Assembly (NCBI GenBank): GCA_963748815.1
Contig: CAVVKJ010000010.1
Span: 864,001-928,000 of the forward strand
Direction of reading: 5' to 3'
Length of the DNA: 64,000 bases
From: an uncultured Gemmatimonadales bacterium
GTDB lineage: Bacteria > Gemmatimonadota > Gemmatimonadetes > Gemmatimonadales > GWC2-71-9
Part shown: one piece after another, positions 61,330 to 64,000 of the stretch
Position numbering within the stretch: position 1 is the stretch's first letter
Layout: each line of letters starts with the position of its first letter
Translations under genes and position numbers: made by a program
Notes under the pieces: generated by a model
The model's input: the letters and a program-made list of their open reading frames with translations, nothing else
What the model was told of the DNA's origin: nothing
The model's database searches: none

Positions 61330-61905
61330 CAGCTCCTGTCCGGTCGACACCGAGGTGGACCGGAGAAACCTGATGCCGGGTGCACCGTCGCGCCAGAGGC
61401 GGGGCTTGGACTGATTGCCCCCGACGCTCACTTCGAGCTCGTGCACGCCCTCCCCGGCAACCGCACCGAGCGTCCACCCAACGGACGCACTCCCTGCGTC
61501 GTCGGTTATTGACTCCGCGGCGGTACCGACCCGCCGCCGGCCGCGACACGCCATGTCAACGTGACGCCCGGGACGGGTTGATTGGTGGCGTCCTTGACGA
61601 TCACCGCCGGGTGCTTCGCCAAGTCAGCTGCGACCTCCCCGGTCTGCCAGTCTCCATCGACCTTGTCGATGAACGCGATGGCGGTCGCGGTGAAGGACAC
61701 GACGTCGCCGTCCGGCCCCGGGATGCTCGCGGTGACTTCCTGCCGTCCCGACCACACCCCGGTCCCGAGCGCCCAAAACGTGGCGGCCAGACCGGCGTCA
61801 TTCGTGACGGCCAGTGGATAGGTGACACGCCCTCCACCGGCGGTGACGAAGAATGCCACCTCTGCACCCGGCACCGGGGTGCCGTGCTGGTCGGTGACGA
61901 GAACC
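61330..61905 (-). pseudogene. 5'-truncated fragment of another Ig-repeat protein (about 2 repeats)
   Basis: VLVTDQHGTPVPGAEVAF...TNDAGLAATFWALG; VKDATNQPVPGV...TDDAGSASVGWTLG; no signal peptide. Confidence 0.65.
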
Positions 61906-62925
61906 GAAGTCGTAGTGGTAGGCAGCGTCATAGCCGGAAATCATGGCGTCCGCCCGGGCCAGCGAGACGTGCGCCACCAGGCGCGCCAGCAGCCAGGCGT
62001 TGAGGTGGCGCTTCGCGGCGAGGCTGCGCGCGGCGTCGTTCCAGGTCTGGTGGATCGCCGCCCAGCCAGTAGTACGCGATGTCGGTCTGCTCCTGGGTGC
62101 GCTCCGACACCAATCCCCCCAATCGCTTGACCTCGTCGTAGTCCGCGAGATACGCGCGGCGTCTGGACGGCCGCCTCCACCGTGGCCGCGCCATACATCG
62201 GCGGCGCGCGGAATTGCGAGCCGCTGGCCAGGACGAACGGACGGATGTTGCCCCACTGCGGAATCGCCCGCGGGCCGGTCAGCGCCGTCGCCGTCCCCAC
62301 GGTCGAACGGAACCTCCCCGGCTCGCCGGTCGAGGTGAACACCACCGCCGCTGGACCGGCGGAACCGTCGCCGGCGCGGAGCGCCAGCATGGCGGCGGCG
62401 GCATCGTGGCCGAGCTGCACGCCGCGGGTCACCTCGTCGCAGTCATCCAGCGCGGCCATGTAGTCGTTGTACGCCTGCGTGATGAAGTCCAGCGCCGCCG
62501 GCGTCGGCAGCTCCGCGCCGATGGAGGCCAGCACCTCATACGCTCCGGTGGCGATGGCCGCCTCGACCGACAGAGGGCGGGTCGACCTGCCCGTCATACG
62601 CGTACGGCTCGAAGCGGCGCTGCACCGCGTTCAGCACATCGTGCATGGTCGTGTTGGCCATCGCCTGGATGCGGGCCTCGGCAGGCGGGTTGGTGGCCGC
62701 CAGCGTGCTGAACTGCGCGATGTTGTCGTTCCAGTCTTGCACGGCCTCGACCAGTTCGGCGCGATGGTGGCCGCCCCGCCACGCCATCGGCGCGGCATCG
62801 AGTTCGAGCGCCTGTGGGGAGTCGCCGCTCGTGAGCGGCGCCGTGGCATCCGTTCCGGGCTGGTCGCTGCAGGCGGCGATCGCCAGCAGCATCGCAACGG
62901 GGATGACGATTCGTGAGGTGCGCAT
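61906..62925 (-). pseudogene. Vanadium haloperoxidase/PAP2-like lipoprotein, 3'-truncated before the catalytic motifs
   Basis: LLAIAAC lipobox; MHDVLNAV, WGNIRPF, YLADYDEVKRLG, RTQEQT.IAYYW, ADAMISGYDAAYHYDF, then abrupt switch; several frameshifts. Confidence 0.7.
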
Positions 62926-63128
62926 CGGTGCCTCGCTTCAAATGGGGGGGTGTGGGCGGACTCCCGTCCCGACCTCCGCGGACGGGTCATGCCGCCGTGG
63001 AGTCTATTGCGGCGCACGGCTTCGTTGTGCACCTTAGGGGAGTTCCTGAAGCGCACGGTCACCCCCGCCTGCTTCTGGCTCCCTCTACCAATAGACGCGC
63101 CGACAGGCGCCAAATCGGGCCATCCATC

Positions 63129-63707
63129 ATGGATTCCACTGGGCGGGTGACGGAACTGCTGCATCGGGCCGGCGCGGGCGACCCCACCGCCGCGGCCGCC
63201 GTCTTTCCCCTCGTCTACGACGAACTCCGCCTCCTGGCCCACCGCCAGCTCCGCCGCGAATCCTCCGGCCACAGCCTCAACACGACCGCCCTGGTCCACG
63301 AGGCGTACCTCAAGCTGGTGGACCAGACCCGGAGCCCAGATCACGGACCGCTCGCACTTCTTCGCCGTCGCGGCCACCGCCATGCGCCGGATCCTGGTGG
63401 ATCACGCCCGCCGGCATGGCGCGGCAAAGCGAGGCGCCGGCGCGAAGCGGGTCCCGCTGGAGATGGTCGACGGACTCGCCGCGGAGGAGCGCGCCGACCT
63501 GCTCGTGGCGCTCGACGCGGCGCTGCTCCAGCCTCGCGGCGCTCGACGCGCGGCAGGCGAAGGTGGTCGAGTGCCGGTTCTTCGGCGGGTTGACGGAGGA
63601 GGAGACGGCCGAGGCGCTCGGCACCAGCCCCCGGACGGTCAAGCGGGACTGGGCGAAGGCGCGGAGCTGGCTCTACCAGGCGCTGTATCCGGATCGTGGT
63701 GGGCTGA
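63129..63707 (+). CDS. ECF sigma factor, TIGR02999-like (frameshifted in this sequence)
   Basis: VTELL, PLVYDELRLLAHRQL, SLNTTALVHEAYLKL, AMRRILVDHAR, VVECRFFGGLT.EE, TVKRDW..ARSWL. Confidence 0.88.
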
Positions 63708-63711
63708 GCCG

Positions 63712-64000
63712 ATGCCGCCATCCCCCTCCCCGGGCCGGTTTCGGCAGGCCGACGCGATTCTCGATGCCGCTCTCGACCTCGAAGGCGAGGAACGGATCGC
63801 CTTCGTCGAGCGGGCCTGCGAGGGCAACCCCGCGCTCAAGTCGATGGTGCAGCGCTTGCTGCGTGCGCTGGAGCACTCCAGCGACTTCCTCTCGGCGTCG
63901 GCGGTCGAGGTGGCGCGCCCACTTCTCGATGTCGTCACCGCCCCCGGTGGGGAGCAGGAAGCGCTCCCCCCACCGGAGCAGGTGGGTCCGTACCGTGTGC
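63712..64000 (+). CDS. Ser/Thr protein kinase, N-terminal part (partial)
   Basis: ILDAALDLEGEERIAFVERACEGNPALKSMVQRLL ... VGPYRV, the usual kinase N-terminus downstream of this ECF class. Confidence 0.8.
   Translation, partial: MPPSPSPGRFRQADAILDAALDLEGEERIAFVERACEGNPALKSMVQRLLRALEHSSDFLSASAVEVARPLLDVVTAPGGEQEALPPPEQVGPYRV

Overview
A GC-rich bacterial chromosomal window, most likely Gemmatimonadota. That is my inference from the unusual EF-Tu switch I, the homodimeric GlyRS and the gene content. Left half: a PP2C phosphatase with an FHA/pseudo-protease partner, a murQ-anmK-nagZ-sodium:solute symporter peptidoglycan-recycling operon, ggt, an ABC exporter, SIMPL, a sulfatase, an ornithine cyclodeaminase-like/Fur/CcdA cluster, priA, an HDAC/ubiquitin-like operon, glyQS, a sigma54-type minor-pilin operon, purA, a pilT paralogue and trpS. 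Right half: the str-S10-spc ribosomal superoperon (rpsL to map), then a decayed accessory tract (Ig-repeat M8 protease, truncated vanadium haloperoxidase) and an ECF sigma/Ser-Thr kinase pair. Single-base frameshifts occur even in essential genes (fusA, rpsE, glyQS), which points to sequencing indels. The most notable signals are: (1) a 41-bp duplication of the priA 3' end, containing a dyad att-like core, that brackets a one-gene 2.2-kb insert; (2) a palindromic repeat inserted in frame in nagZ; (3) a structured 249-nt spacer with a terminator between rpsG and fusA; (4) a catalytically dead FHA-HtrA-like receptor; (5) a ubiquitin-fold protein next to an HDAC; (6) pervasive 7/8/9-bp-period inverted tandem repeats. 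I saw no rRNA, tRNA, CRISPR array, integrase or transposase. All family calls come from motif recognition by eye, not database searches.
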